A DNA stretch of 62,819 nucleotides, filler included, from 6 parts of 6 records of this genome joined end to end with filler, not necessarily neighbours in it, one strand, 5' to 3'; shown: positions 1 to 12,373, counted from the first letter of the whole stretch. Program-made: numbers and translations. Notes: generated from the letters alone by a model not told the origin.

Positions 1-21
1 GAAGTGTGACACCTGCGTGAG

Positions 22-989
22 CTATAAAATCGCAGAAACAATAGCCGCTGCGCCTCCACCAACGGCAACCCAAGAGGACCCACACGCGCTCCTATACACA
101 AATCGGTCAATACGTGAAGCGAGTACTTCCATCACATCGTCCATAGTACAATGTATATTGCTGCTGTCTGTCTGAGGCACCGTTTCACCACAAGTGCGCC
201 CTTGCGTGTAGTGAGTACCAGACACGGCCCGACACACGGCCCCGAGGCACACCTGCGTCGACGCGCCTCTCGCGGCAACGCTCACGCGCGCTCGAAGCGA
301 ACCACACGGAACTCCTATGCCCTCACCACCCTTCACCACCGCACAAACCATGGTACGCATACGAGTACATACGTATGCGGACTTTGCGTGAACTTGTTTT
401 CTGAGAGGTGTGTGACGGGAGGGTTCTCTTCGGGTGCATGGAGGTGGGGACGTGACGCTCGACAGCGCGTGCGCCTCCTCTGGCGGCCGGCGCTGCGTAC
501 CTCGCACGGGCACGCCACGGGCGCTGCCGCACCGGCTGCGCGCGACACCACCGATCCCAGGACAAGCGGCGACAACGACGCGATAACATCGCACGCTCTT
601 TGTGCTGCAGATCGGAGTGCCGTGTCGTCCCCATGGTCAATATGCAGAAGTGACATTTGCAACAGCTTTGGAACGGTGCTTGTGAGCCGTAGCAGCTGGT
701 CGGCAATGGCGTTTTCGTAGATGCGCAGTGCCTCCTCGCTTGCCGTGGTCACATCGCTCCGCAGAGGCTCCCACAGAAAGAGAATGATCAGCACTCCGCT
801 GATAAGAGTGATCACAGAAAGAGCGTATTGCCATCGGCCATACAGTCCACACCACCGTTCGCTTCTCTCAATCTTACTTAGCGACCATCGTAAGAGACTT
901 GCTTTCGCACCGAGGGCTATCATGGAACGGGAGCGCGGCCGCTGCCGCCGCTTGACAGCGTCATCCAATACTGGCTCGGAACTTCCCAT
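22..989 (-). CDS. Probable intron-containing eukaryotic membrane-protein gene, unknown function (gene model uncertain)
   Basis: ORF from ATG 989 has a hydrophobic helix (YALSVITLISGVLIILFLW). Candidate GTGCG donor near 532 and GCAG acceptor near 253 lead into a second protein-like frame (22-252). No family recognised. Confidence 0.35.
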
Positions 990-2209
990 CGCCAGCCAAG
1001 TACCACGCGCTTCCTTCGAAAATCTCCAGATATACTCGGTGGAGTACTTGTATTACTTCCAAAAATAGATTGCAAACATCTCACTCATCTAGATTGCTCC
1101 GGCTATCCTGTCGCATATGGGAGTCGAGTGAACCTGTGCTGCTTGTATATGAGTCTCCGTTCTTGCACGCCGTGCGCCAGTCCCCCGGGTGAAAGCGACG
1201 CTGCTCCGCCAGCCCTGAACAGAACCACGAAACGTGGTACTTGAATGTGTACGAAGAGATTTGTCGTAATGCTGCGTTGTAGAGGAATATCAAGGCGTCG
1301 CGTCCACGTGAGGAGGTTCTGGTTCGTGTTGACAGCAAAAGCACGTGGCGTGGCGAATCCGCTGCACAGTTGTGCGCGCACGAACCAGGATTGCCGCCGC
1401 GCTCGTACGCGCTAGCTCGCGGTCGGGAAGGCAGCGGAAGCGCAGTGCCCGCCGCTATCACAAAACCCTATATCAAGAAACACCTCGCAGAATGCGAGAA
1501 AGGCGTGTTGCGACTAGGAGTCCGGCCAGCGCCCGCATATGCCGCGAAATAGCACTTCGCTGTGTCTCCGAAAGGCTCCCGTTTCGCGCTATCGCTACTC
1601 TGGCGATCTGCTGGCTCCTATTTGACAGCGTGCAGCTGCCTTTTCACTTTGCGCGCTTCGTATGCGTTTCCTCTGGCGGTGCTGAACGAAAAGAGCGGGT
1701 ACTGTGTCTCCGACTTTGAAAAGTTTGCGATGTAGGGCGGCGGCAAAGGACGCTATGTTCCTGCAGCTCGGACAGCACGACTGCGCAAGCAGCGCGCGCG
1801 AGTCGCGAAGGCGCGCAGAACACGCGTAGCACAATCCTCCGACACAACTCGGGGAGCAGGACATACGCCTTGTGTGCAATAACGTAATAGAGACTTGGTA
1901 GCCGTCCTGGTGACAAAAAGTCAGAGTCAGAGAGAGAAAGAGAGATTCTGTGTGTAAGTCGGAAAGGGAGAGAGGAGGGAGGAAGAGCCAGAAGCACGCT
2001 CCGCGCATACGTGCGAGGTTGTGATGAGCACTCTTCGAGACAGCGCCTTGCACGTGCACGCTGGGCCGCAGCTACGCCGACCGGCGAGGAGCAGCGCACG
2101 GAAGTTTGGCCTCCTGATCACCGCGACATGTCAGAACCTATCACATGCATACAAGGATTGGCTTCATCCAGATAACCGTGCCAGGAAAGAACCTGCGCAC
2201 TCTCTTCCA

Positions 2210-5200
2210 ATGTCGGGGCGGTTCATCGTGTGTGCTACCATCCTCCTGGTCTGCAGCAGCGTTGCACAGGCTTCCAAGGCGGCGGGCGATGGCAACACGC
2301 CCGTGAACGAGGAAAGAAATGCTGGGTTACGTAGCACCGAGTGGCAGAATGATATGATGTCTTTTTCTTTTGAGCAAGATGATACAGTATATCGAGGTGG
2401 CTTGCTCGCGCAAGGGAGTAAGGACAGCACTTTCGAATCTCCGAAAGCAACGCCAGACCGGCAGAACGCCAGGCGAGTGGCACATACAGCACACGCCGCT
2501 GAGTCTGACGCTCTGCGTTTTCTGCTAGAGAATGACATCACTATACCGCTGGTAGACGGAACGAGTCTGCAGATTCGAGCATCCAGCGACGCGATCATGT
2601 CGAGTAAAGATCACCTGCCGGTGGTTGTGTACGTGGTCCTTCATATGGATGCCAAGACGTTGTCCCTGTTGCAAAGCAGTGCACTGTCGCCGTCTCCGAT
2701 CGTTGCCGTGCCGAGTGCTGGCCTGTTGAACGGGCCTGACGCGCGTCGCAAGTGGGAAGAATGGGTTTCAACTGTGCTACAACCTCTGCAAGGAAATTTT
2801 CATTCCAACGACACAGATACTACAGAAACTGATCAGGGGGAAGAAATGAGCCTCAAGTTCGCTTTGTCAGAGTTCCCGGACCTCGACAAAGTCCTGCGGA
2901 TTGCCGAGCGAGCGGGACGACGCGTCAAGACTGTTCTCCGCTCGAACTCCTCAGAACCATTTGCCTTGTGCTCGGACGAACAGCGAAGAATACGATATGC
3001 CGAGTACTCTGCCAGCAAGGTAGCAAACCAGGATCTTGCTTTGGTTTCTGTCGCTTGTACGAAGGATGCTGTTCGCTTCGAGAACGAAGTGCGGAGCATT
3101 TCAGCTGCAGCAGGTGCGAGGTGTACGCGAGCGGCAGCCCACGCGGTAGCTGCGGCTATGGCCGCGCCGTGCCGCCCACATGCACAGCAGCGCCGTGAGA
3201 AGGCACACTGAAGCACTCACGCCGCAGCCGCGAGAGATATAAACATCACAACGAACCAATCTTATGCACTGTGGTTAATCTTAGGTCACACTCAAGATAA
3301 AGCGATAGTACGAGTGCATGCGAAGACTGGTCGACAATGTGTCGTACGCAAATCTCCCACAAAGCTCAGCTGCACCTCGTCGTACAGTGGTTCCCGGGCG
3401 CATTGCTGTTCGATGGACCGACCTTGGAACAGCTTGCGGTGGACAAGATGGGAACTAGCTCCAAGGGATGGGTAAATGATAAGAAGTACAACATATAGAG
3501 TAGTAACGCTCGATCTCGTTGTACAGTGGCGAGAATGAGAGTAGGTGTGCGTTTGTTGCTCCCTTGGCGACCACCGCGCGCCCCGTGTCACGCTTGCGCT
3601 GGCTCGTCGAATCATCGAGGATGCTCGAGGACTTCTCACAGTGTCGCTTTATGCACGTTTTTCGTGCACGTGCGCACTCACGTTCTTTTGGCAGCCTACC
3701 CTATTGCGGTACTCGTGGACGTGAGTCAAGACGGATGCGATGTTCAGCGCATGACGGTCGCTGCAGCCGCAGCCGGCGCAGCGGCGGTGTTTGCCGGCCC
3801 GGACGGCCCGTCGCCGTACTGCTCCACACAGCCGCAGCCGCGAACGCCACAAGACGATCAAGCATGCCCCCAGCTGGACATAACCTTCTGTGGACTCAAA
3901 AGCAAGTCATTTGCGGACCTATCTGCATATGTGCAAGGTACAAGTGAAGGGAGAAGTGATCGTGCTGGCGCTGCGTTCGGACCGGACGTGCTCGTACGCG
4001 TGTCCGATGCGACGGTGGGCCGCGGCTTCGCAATCGACACCTCCGGTCGCATCCGATCGCTCGGTGGCGGAGCGTTGGTTATCCCTTCCGCAATCGCCGA
4101 ACAACTGCAGTACGAACACAAGGTACAAGAAATAGTGGCAGACCTTGTTCAAAACGGCGCAGAGCGAGTCGATGTGGAGGTCAAGCCTGGAAGCCAGCAA
4201 GCCCTGATCGACCGCTTCGTATGGCTAACAATGGAGTGGCGTTTGGACGCCTCTATCCCGCAACAGCTGTTCGCTCATCTGGAGCTGCTGTGCAAAGACC
4301 ACCGGTCGGAGTACTGCGGGCTGTGGGACTTTGTCCTGTCGCTCATGGTGTGCCCTGGATCAGCCGATGTACAGAATAGCTCAGCAGATGAGTACGCCAA
4401 GGTCAACTGCAGTGAAATAGCTAGATGGGTGACTGCGTACTCGCGGGAAGGAGTTTGGCTGACAGATATTTCGCCGATGACCGCAGTGCTGCTCGACGCT
4501 GCCAGACGAAGCCACGGCACGATAACGCTGGTTCTTCGTACGGATGGATCCAGTGCGTACGAGCCCTCGCTCTTTTTCCTCAAGAAGCACGGTTCTGACG
4601 AACGTGCACTTGTCCCATACAGAGCGACGCTAGTGTTTTCGGGCGGCAATCTGGAAGGAGATGTAGGCACAAGGCCTGCTGTACGGGATGTGGAGCTTGC
4701 AACCTCCACGCGCACAGCTGCTCTGGTGTCACTGGTCACCGGACACGGATGGGAGTGGGACACGCACAACTGCGCGGAATTTTGCAGGCTCACTCACACG
4801 TGGAGTGCGGCAGTCGCTACAAACACCCCTGCCAGCGACGCAAGAGGTGGTGCTTTGTTTCCGCTCGAGACTATCGCAGACGCTTACCCTTCTTCCTTTC
4901 TGAACTGGCATCTCGTCACGCCCGAGGCTGAAGACACGCTGGGGTGTCTCGCGCAGGTATCGCAGGGCGTGCCAGCAAACCAGTTCGGCGCATGGGTTGG
5001 TGGACGTGCAAACTGGTGCCCCGGTCTGGACGTGAAGCCAACAGTCTGGGATATTCCGCTAGAGTCGCTGCCGTGCCTTGCTGGTCCACAGCACACGGGG
5101 CAAAGTATTGAGCTGGGAACTGCCGCCAGCTGTGCGAAAGAGCTCCGCAGCACCGCCGCATATGGCCATGACTCACTGCGCCGCCTAGTGCTCGCGTATC

Positions 5201-5526
5201 GTGTAGGGCGAGATTTTGTTCCCTACGTACCCTCACAGGGACAGAACGAACCTACCGGAGGGTTTCCACCGCAGATTCGTCTTACCACGTACCTCGTCGA
5301 ATACACCGACGAGAACGAGGCTAGAAAAAGCCTCTCTCTTTCGTCGGTGATACCAGAGGCGCTGGCCTCTCATTCGCCGGCAACAGATCCCAAGATCTGG
5401 ACTCTGTTTCTAGCGTATATTGCAGTCGTTGTGCCTATCGCACTCTTCATTTTCATTAAATATCTTCGCCGGGAGCACGCAAAGCAAGACTCTAACTCAG
5501 CTAATTCCAGCTCAGACATTGCGTAG
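2210..5526 (+). CDS. Peptide-N-glycosidase F family protein with signal peptide, PA-like segment and C-terminal TM anchor (multi-exon)
   Basis: Exon 2210-3113 starts with signal peptide MSGRFIVCATILLVCSSVAQA and ends at a phase-1 GTGCGAG donor. The last exon 3695-5526 follows a phase-1 acceptor (CTCAC...TTTTGGCAG). Motifs CGLWD, EIARWVTAY, WLTDISP, TGHG..CAEFC, NQFGAW..GRANWCPG. TM segment IWTLFLAYIAVVVPIALFIFI then KYLRR. Internal exons in 3114-3694 are unresolved, and joining the two exons is inference. Confidence 0.7.
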
Positions 5527-5669
5527 CCGCCGAGAATGTGGCGTTCCTGTGCCGCCCAGGCAAGCGCTTTTCTCGCCCATGCCGGGCAAAGAGCGCGTGT
5601 AAATTTCTGTGGTAAATTCGAGAGCGGAAGCGTCGAACCAGTCGTGAAAGCACGAGTGCCAACCATGCT

Positions 5670-5769
5670 NNNNNNNNNNNNNNNNNNNNNNNNNNNNNNN
5701 NNNNNNNNNNNNNTTAATTAATTAANNNNNNNNNNNNNNNNNNNNNNNNNNNNNNNNNNNNNNNNNNNN
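5670..5769. other. Artificial contig spacer N44-TTAATTAATTAA-N44
   Basis: Runs of N around a 12-mer with stops in all six frames. The same spacer occurs five times. Confidence 0.99.
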
Positions 5770-5875
5770 TGTTGCTTGCACTCGCCGAGTCCGCCTGCGA
5801 GAGGGAGTGCGGCGCTTGCGCGAGGTCGTAACGGCACGCGCGGGCGGACAAAGCACCACGAGCGCGCCAACGCAC

Positions 5876-8800
5876 CAGTCTTTGCCACACGCTCGGAGCC
5901 GGCCAGATCGATGAGATGCATCTTGCCGTACGTCTTCACGCCGGTCGTCACATTCTCTTCGACAACATACACAGACATGATGCAGTGGGAGCGGCTGGAG
6001 TGCTCATGGACGTTTGTGATGCCTTCCGCGCGATGGCGCATTCCCATAGTCACGTACTCGGTGACCTGATCGAGCGACTTCACCTCGACCATGCGCAGAC
6101 CAGGCACGTACACACCACCCGCCTTGCGATCTCTGCACCGCCAGCGGCGGAGGGATATCGCAACGAAGCGGGAAGCAGAGGCATGGAAACACGCATGTCA
6201 CACGCGAGACCGGGTCGAGTGCAGAGGTCGAGTCGGTGGAGGAGGCGCAACGCACGTTACTCGCACCAACACCGCGCCTGACGAACGAGCCATAGATGGA
6301 GGAACGCCTCGACAACAAGCCAAGCACGCACGAATCTCCTGCAACGGTGCGATTGGCCTTCTCGGTTCCCCAAAGCGAGACTACCGCGGCTCGGGTACGA
6401 CTAGAGCAGCGGCTACAGACCGCCCGGATAACGGTCAGCAGTCAGAGCACTTGCTGTACCGAGCGCAAAAACGCACCTGTGCTTCACCTGGAGATCCTTT
6501 CCCTTCTCCCGGCCCTCGGCGAGCAGGTCGCGGATCTGCTCGTTGTAGATCTCCAGCAGGGACATCTGGATGGAGTGGACATACTCGTCCGGGCGCTCCT
6601 CCTTGATAATGCGGAACAGCTCCTTGAGCGCGCGGAAGTTCACACCGGGATCGTCCGGCGGTCCCTCCATCTGGACAGGCGCACAGACGCAGCGGCCCAG
6701 ACAAGGAAAAGCGCGCAGATGAGCGGCGGCGTTCGCGCGCGCTGACACCGCAGCGCTCATACGCCACGCAGGGAGGGAGGGGGCGGTGTCCGCGTGGGGA
6801 AAGAAACGCCACAACCCCTAGCATGCAGCGCGGCGCCGGCGCGCACCGTCACACCCCTACCAGCCCAAGCGCCGAGCACTTCACGGCGGCGCTTCACAAA
6901 TGCGCTCTTGCGCCATGGGTGGGCGCGGCTACGGCGCGCGTTTGCGTACCGTGTATGTCTTCCCACTTCCGGTCTGGCCGTACGCGAACACGCACACGTT
7001 GTAGCCGTCGAGCAGCGAGATGACGAGCGACCGTGTCTCACGGAACACGTCCACCTGCTCCGCGTTCGGCCCGAACACGTTGTCGTACTGCGGAGAAGGA
7101 GCGCAGGACAGCAAGCGCGCGCGGGCGCGACAACGATGGAGAACAACAGCGCGGCGATCAGAACGGCAATGCAGTGTGTGCTGGCGCGAGAGCAGTACGT
7201 GCGCTTCGTTTCCACAACAGACGCGAACGACAACGCGCCATCGGCCACCCACACGCGCAACTTGCACACGAGTACTTCCTTGCAACTCGCGACACCTCGC
7301 AGATTCGCGGACCGCGCAGCGCATAGACGACGAGGTACCGCACGCCTCCGCCATGCAGCCATTACGCACGCAGCTCCATCGTACAGGAGCCCGAGTGACA
7401 GCGCGAGCAAGCGCAACGTACACGGAAGTGCTTCTCGCGCTGCTTCTCGTCGTACAAGACAATCAGACCCTCGTCTTCAAATACGTCAAGACAAACTTCG
7501 GCGTCAACCGCAATTTCGTCCTGTGTGAGCGGACGGACGCGGCAGAACACACGGATGTTCCCGCGCATTTCTACGAGCTCGTTGTGGAGGCGGCGGCGCT
7601 CCTGCTGCTCCTTGCGGAAACGGTAATTCGCGAGATCGACCTGCTCATGCTGCTGCATAATGAGCTCGTGCACTTGCCCGTGCAGCGTTTTCACCGCATC
7701 CGGGATCACGCGCGTAAACTCGCGCGCATCATGCACCACCGAGTCGAAGAACGCACGCGCATCGCGCATGTCCTTGACGAGCGCGTCGTACTTTCGCCCC
7801 GCGCGGCGCTTGATCTCGCGCGTCGCCAGCGACTCGACGTCGGCCATCACCGGAACCTCGAAGGGCGATCCCGCAATGTCCTCGCCGCCGACCGAGATCC
7901 CAACCTGCAGCTTCCCGGACTCGCGCGCGTGGAAAATGACCGAGTACGTGCCGTCGCGGTTGTCTTCGAGCGTAAAGTCCGCGCTAATGCTGACGTGGAA
8001 CGAGTCGCCGCCGCAGTCGCGCCGGTTCCCGAACCGGTCGCGCGCCTCGATGAGGAACGACGCCGGATGCAGCGCGACCGTCCCGCTGGACAGTCCCGGT
8101 CCGTACGCCGTGCACTCCGCCGGGCACACGCTTGCGGGGCGCGCGCGCAGTGAGTACGGCGACTGCGCAACGTTCTCTCCGGCGACCGTGGCTGAGAGTA
8201 CGTATTCGCCGGCGACTTTGAGCGAGAAGATCGCCGTGTACGTGCCGTCGCGGTTGTCCAGCACGCGCGCCGCAACTTCCGCCGGCCCGGACAGCGTGCA
8301 CTGCACGTCCTCGCCGCCGCAGTCGCGCGCGTTGCCGAAGCTGTCGCGCAACGTGATTGTGAGCGCCTCCTCTTGGCCGCACTCGCACAGCGTGAGCCCC
8401 TTGCCCACAATCGAGCTCGTGCGCGCGGAAGTCGCCCCTGCCGCGATGTACACGCGCAGCGGGCACCCAGGGAGAACTTCGTCGCCAAGGTACACGTTCA
8501 CAGAGTACGCGCCGCTCACTGTGGGTGCGAACGACGCGCTGTACGAGCCGTCGCCGTGGTCGGACACGTCCGCGACAACGTCGGCAGGGCCCTGGACCGT
8601 GGCGTGGAAGCCGTCGCCGCCGTCCCGCTGCGCGTTGCCGAAGCGGTCGCGCGCGCGGATCGTGAGCGCAGTCAGCTCGCCGACCACAAGCGCCGCCGAG
8701 CTGGCGCGCTCCGGCAGCAGCAGCTCGCAGGCGCGCGCGTTCGACTTGTTCGGCACGACGGTGACGGGGAACGTGCGGAGAACGCCGTTTACCAGGAGCG

Positions 8801-11317
8801 AGAGGCGGTACCGGCCGGCCAGGTGCGACGTGTACGCGACCGTGAACGACCCGTCGCCGTTGTCGGCAACCTCGGCGTCCACCGCCGCCGTGCCTTCGAG
8901 ACGAGCTGTGACAACATCGCCACCAGTCTTCACATCGTTGCCGAAGGCGTCGGTCGCCTGGATCGCAACGCGCGCAATCTCGCCCGCGGTGCACTGCGAC
9001 AGGCCGCTGCCGGAAATGCGCGACCGGTGCGCGTCCGCCGGCCCTGCAACGCACGAAAAGCGCAGCGGGCACCCGGACGCCTCGGCGCCGTCGACTTGGA
9101 TGACAAGCTGGTATTCCCCGGCGACGCGCGGACGGCACCGCACATCGTACGTCCCGGACTCGGCCGGCACAACCTCGACACTCACGTCGGCTGGGCCGGT
9201 GCAGTGCGCCTGCACGAGCGCGGTCTCGCCGAACACGGGATTGCAGTGCCGGTCGCGCAGCTGCACAGAGCAGCGCATTTGCCGCCCAGCCCGCACGGCG
9301 ACCTCCGAAACTTTGGCGCCCAGAGCGGTGGGCATCAACACGTTGCACGACGGGCCGTGCACAGTGCCCGCGACAACGCGTAGCTCCGCCGGCCCGAGCG
9401 GGACGAGTTTGCCGAGAATCCTCGTCATCACGCTGTACACGCCGACAACGGTGGCGGTGATGCGCACTGTGGCGACGCCGCCTTCGCGATACGCAACGCG
9501 CGGCACCACCGCAGCCGGTCCGTCGAGCTGCACGTCCACAGTACCGTCGTCCAGAGGCACGCGATTACCATACGCATCACGCGCCAGAACTGAAAACTCT
9601 GTGCTCTGGCCAGCACGGCACTGCAGAGCCGATGTTGCCGGCGCTGTCAGGCAGCTGGTCGGACAGAGATCTGCGGCGGCGACAGCCAGATGGAACGGAG
9701 ACCCGGGCACGCTGCTCCCGCCGACAAGCACGCTAATGCGATACTCCCCGGCAGTCCGCAGCGGGCACGGAACTGAGACATCGCCAACACGCTCCGTCTC
9801 AATTGTACGGAGTGCGATGGCTGACGATGAGGCGATGTCGGGCGCGCCGTCTGCGCTGCCGTCGCCGCTCCCCGCGTCGGAGTCCGCCAGCACTGCGGTG
9901 ATGCTGACCGCACCCTCGGGTGCGCGCACCGCGTTCCCATACTGGTCGCGCAGGTGCACGTGGAACGAGAACGCCTCGTCTGCATGCGCCGTCCCGCGCT
10001 CAGCCTTGCCGCCACCAGCCGCAGCGCCGCTTGGAAGAACCAGGCGGCTTGCCTGCGACACTGGCGATGCGGGTACGACTTTGACCGCAAACGGCGATCC
10101 TGGCACAGGCTTTCCGCGTACAAACACACCAAGCTTGTACGAGCCCGCCTTCTCGGGTGCACACTCGAAGAGCACCAAACCTTGTTCGCCACCTCCGAGT
10201 GAGCTCGATGGTCCGACGCGGGCACACGGCACCGAAGTAGGGCCCTCCAGCACAGCCGTGACATCGCTGGGCCCAACATGCGACACATTGCCAGTGGCGT
10301 CGCATAGATCCAGCGAAAAATGGACACGAGCGCCCGCTTCGTACTGGCCGTCGGCACGGAGGCCGTGCACGCGCGCGCGATCACCAGGCTCGACAGCAAG
10401 CGCGGGCTGAACAATGGCCACAGCCGTGCGGCCGCCGCCAATCGCAGATCCATTCCAGGTGGCAGCAACACGATTGGCACCCACGCGGGTGGCGGTGAGT
10501 GAGCAGCGCCACACGCCAGCGCGCACGACATCTACATTCTCAGCGCGCACATCCTGCGGTCCATCCTGGACGGAGAGTCGCAAATGCTTCTGCAAGCTTT
10601 CAGCATCGACCGAGGCTGCGTTGCCGCACGAGTCCCGGAGGCTAACAAGCACCGGGAGAACCTCGCCGCAGCGAGTCTGAAGCGCGCGCGTGCCAACGCG
10701 CCTCTCGATCGACACCCCAGAAGCCGCAGCATCGGGCACACCGGCGACCACCTCGAGGGCAATAGGGAACGCGGCAATCGGGAGGCCGCCCAGCGTCCCC
10801 GACATACTGTACGGGCCCGCCTGCGACAGGCTGCCGCGCACAACCAACACGCGCTCGTCGCCGTCGACATCACACGCCAGCGGCATGGCGGCCGCCGATT
10901 GGAAGCTCCCGCCTGATCCACCCAGCGCACGGCGAGCAATGATCTCACCAGCGCCTGGAATTTCACTCGTCGCATTGCCCCAGCTATCAAAGAGCGCAAT
11001 GCGCAGCGTGAACCAGTCTCCCGCACGCACTGCACGCCGCAGCGCATCTTTGACAGTGCACTGTCGCGGGTCTGCCGGTCCAGGCAACACTTCGAGCTTC
11101 ACTGCTGACGTCGAGGCGCTGCCATTGACTTTCAGGACACTGCGATACAAGCCCGCGCGCGACGGTGCGACTGTACCCGCGCGCAGCGACGGCCCCGCGG
11201 GCACCAGCGGAACTTCAACGGAAGCACCAGCGGAATTCTCCAACGCTTCAAAGCGAAGTTCGACCGCATCGGCCTCCTCACCGCCGCTTGCCTCAACAGG
11301 ATTCCCGTGCCGGTCGC
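5876..11317 (-). CDS. Kinesin-14 (C-terminal motor) with at least 11 N-terminal filamin/ABP280-type Ig repeats; partial at both ends
   Basis: Exons 11317-7422, 7087-6950, 6670-6477 and 6132-5876 join in phase through GT-AG introns. Neck [24 protein letters not shown]-loop [36 protein letters not shown]. The upstream frame is open to the contig edge and carries 11 DxxGN-type repeat motifs plus DNxDGTY and G(S/C)PF motifs. Confidence 0.92.
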
Positions 11318-11417
11318 NNNNNNNNNNNNNNNNNNNNNNNNNNNNNNNNNNNNNNNNNNNNTTAATTAATTAANNNNNNNNNNNNNNNNNNNNNNNNNNN
11401 NNNNNNNNNNNNNNNNN
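11318..11417. other. Artificial contig spacer
   Basis: N44-TTAATTAATTAA-N44. Confidence 0.99.
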
Positions 11418-11475
11418 TGGCGGCATCGACGAAGTGATCGCCAAAGCCGAAAAAATGGCTGCTGACGCGGCCTAA
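11418..11475 (+). CDS. atpD: F1 ATP synthase beta subunit, C-terminal fragment
   Basis: [18 protein letters not shown] at the contig start, directly upstream of atpC. Confidence 0.85.
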
Positions 11476-11486
11476 GGAGGGCCCTT

Positions 11487-11900
11487 ATGGCTGATACGAT
11501 GCAATTCGACCTCGTCAGCCCGGAGCGGAGCCTTGCTTCGCTTCAGGCCAGCGCGGTCCAGATCCCCGGGTCCGAGGGTGACATGACGGCCATGCCTTTG
11601 CATGCGCCGACCCTCACCACCCTGCGTCCGGGCATCCTGAAGGTCGATGCGCCTGAAGGATCGTCGGAGTATCTTGTCACCGGCGGCTTTGCCCAGATCA
11701 CCGCAGAGGGCCTTTCGGTCCTCGCGGAGCGGGCAATTCCGATGGACGAGATGACCCGCGCCCATATGGACGAGCTCATCGAGGAAGCCCGCGCCATGTA
11801 CAAGACCGCAAAGGACGATGACTCCGAGCACGGTCTGGTGGAAGACGCGGCCAAGCTGCTTTCGGACATGGAAGCGCTCGGGACCCACATGAGCCTCTGA
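11487..11900 (+). CDS. atpC: F1 ATP synthase epsilon subunit
   Basis: [10 protein letters not shown]...[34 protein letters not shown]. Confidence 0.97.
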   Translation: MADTMQFDLVSPERSLASLQASAVQIPGSEGDMTAMPLHAPTLTTLRPGILKVDAPEGSSEYLVTGGFAQITAEGLSVLAERAIPMDEMTRAHMDELIEEARAMYKTAKDDDSEHGLVEDAAKLLSDMEALGTHMSL

Positions 11901-11925
11901 CGCCTGTCGTCAGACTGAAATCTTT

Positions 11926-11960
11926 GAAACCGGCCTGTTTACGCAGGCCGGTTTCTTTTT
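11926..11960 (+). terminator. Rho-independent terminator of the atp operon
   Basis: GAAACCGGCCTG-TTTACG-CAGGCCGGTTTC followed by T5. Confidence 0.9.
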
Positions 11961-12016
11961 GGTAAGAAACCCGCGATAGTTTCACTTTGTCGCATATTTT
12001 ACCTTTGAGGTTCGCC

Positions 12017-12373
12017 TTGCACTCCACTCGTCTTCACAGCGCACGCACCGGGATTATTCAGGGTGATGCAGAGGTCTTCTCTGAATTTGAGTCCGGCGGC
12101 ACCATGTGGACCGGAGAGGGGGAGCGCGAGCGGCGCCTGCACCTGCGTTTTGACGAGGCGTTTGCGGCCCCGCCTGCGGTGCATCTCACGGCTTCTCTGA
12201 TGGACATGGACCACGCCGCCGCCTACCGTGCGGAACTGGTGGCCGAGGAGATCTCGGCGACAGGCTTTGATATCGTGTTCCGCACCTGGTCCGACAGCCG
12301 CGTTGCCCGCGTGCGCGTGTCCTGGATGGCGATCGGCGATCTGCCGTTCGAGGACGACTGGGAGGTGGAGTAG
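12017..12373 (+). CDS. H-type lectin domain protein
   Basis: QGD..VFSEF..GG.MWTG...F...P.V...MD.D...RAEL..E.I...GF...FRTW.D.RVARVRVSWMAIG. No ATG is available; TTG at 12017 has GAGG 6 nt upstream. Confidence 0.8.
   Translation: MHSTRLHSARTGIIQGDAEVFSEFESGGTMWTGEGERERRLHLRFDEAFAAPPAVHLTASLMDMDHAAAYRAELVAEEISATGFDIVFRTWSDSRVARVRVSWMAIGDLPFEDDWEVE

Noticed and set aside
1081-1920. Minus-strand frame interrupted only by TAG (1755, 1620, 1470), and TAG-flanked protein-like text at 3285-3470, suggesting TAG reassignment
   Set aside because: About 900 codons of confident exon on the same contig contain no internal TAG, the PNGase-like ORF ends plausibly at TAG, and introns can explain the stops. 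There is no recognisable homology to test readthrough.
1595-2121. Possible additional minus-strand gene with a CT-rich intron near 1921-1990
   Set aside because: Splice-like signals are present, but I could not build a consistent frame or recognise a family.
5714-5725. Recurring TTAATTAATTAA as a biological repeat or CRISPR-like element
   Set aside because: It is always centred in exactly 44+44 Ns and stops all six frames, so it is an assembly linker.
7660-10410. 916-aa plus-strand ORF and other long overlapping ORFs
   Set aside because: These are antisense shadows of the GC-rich filamin-repeat exon, Ser/Thr/Pro/Arg-rich with no motifs.
11200-11500. Bacterial genes next to eukaryotic genes as horizontal transfer or endosymbiont insertion
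   Set aside because: Every eukaryote/bacterium junction coincides with an artificial spacer.
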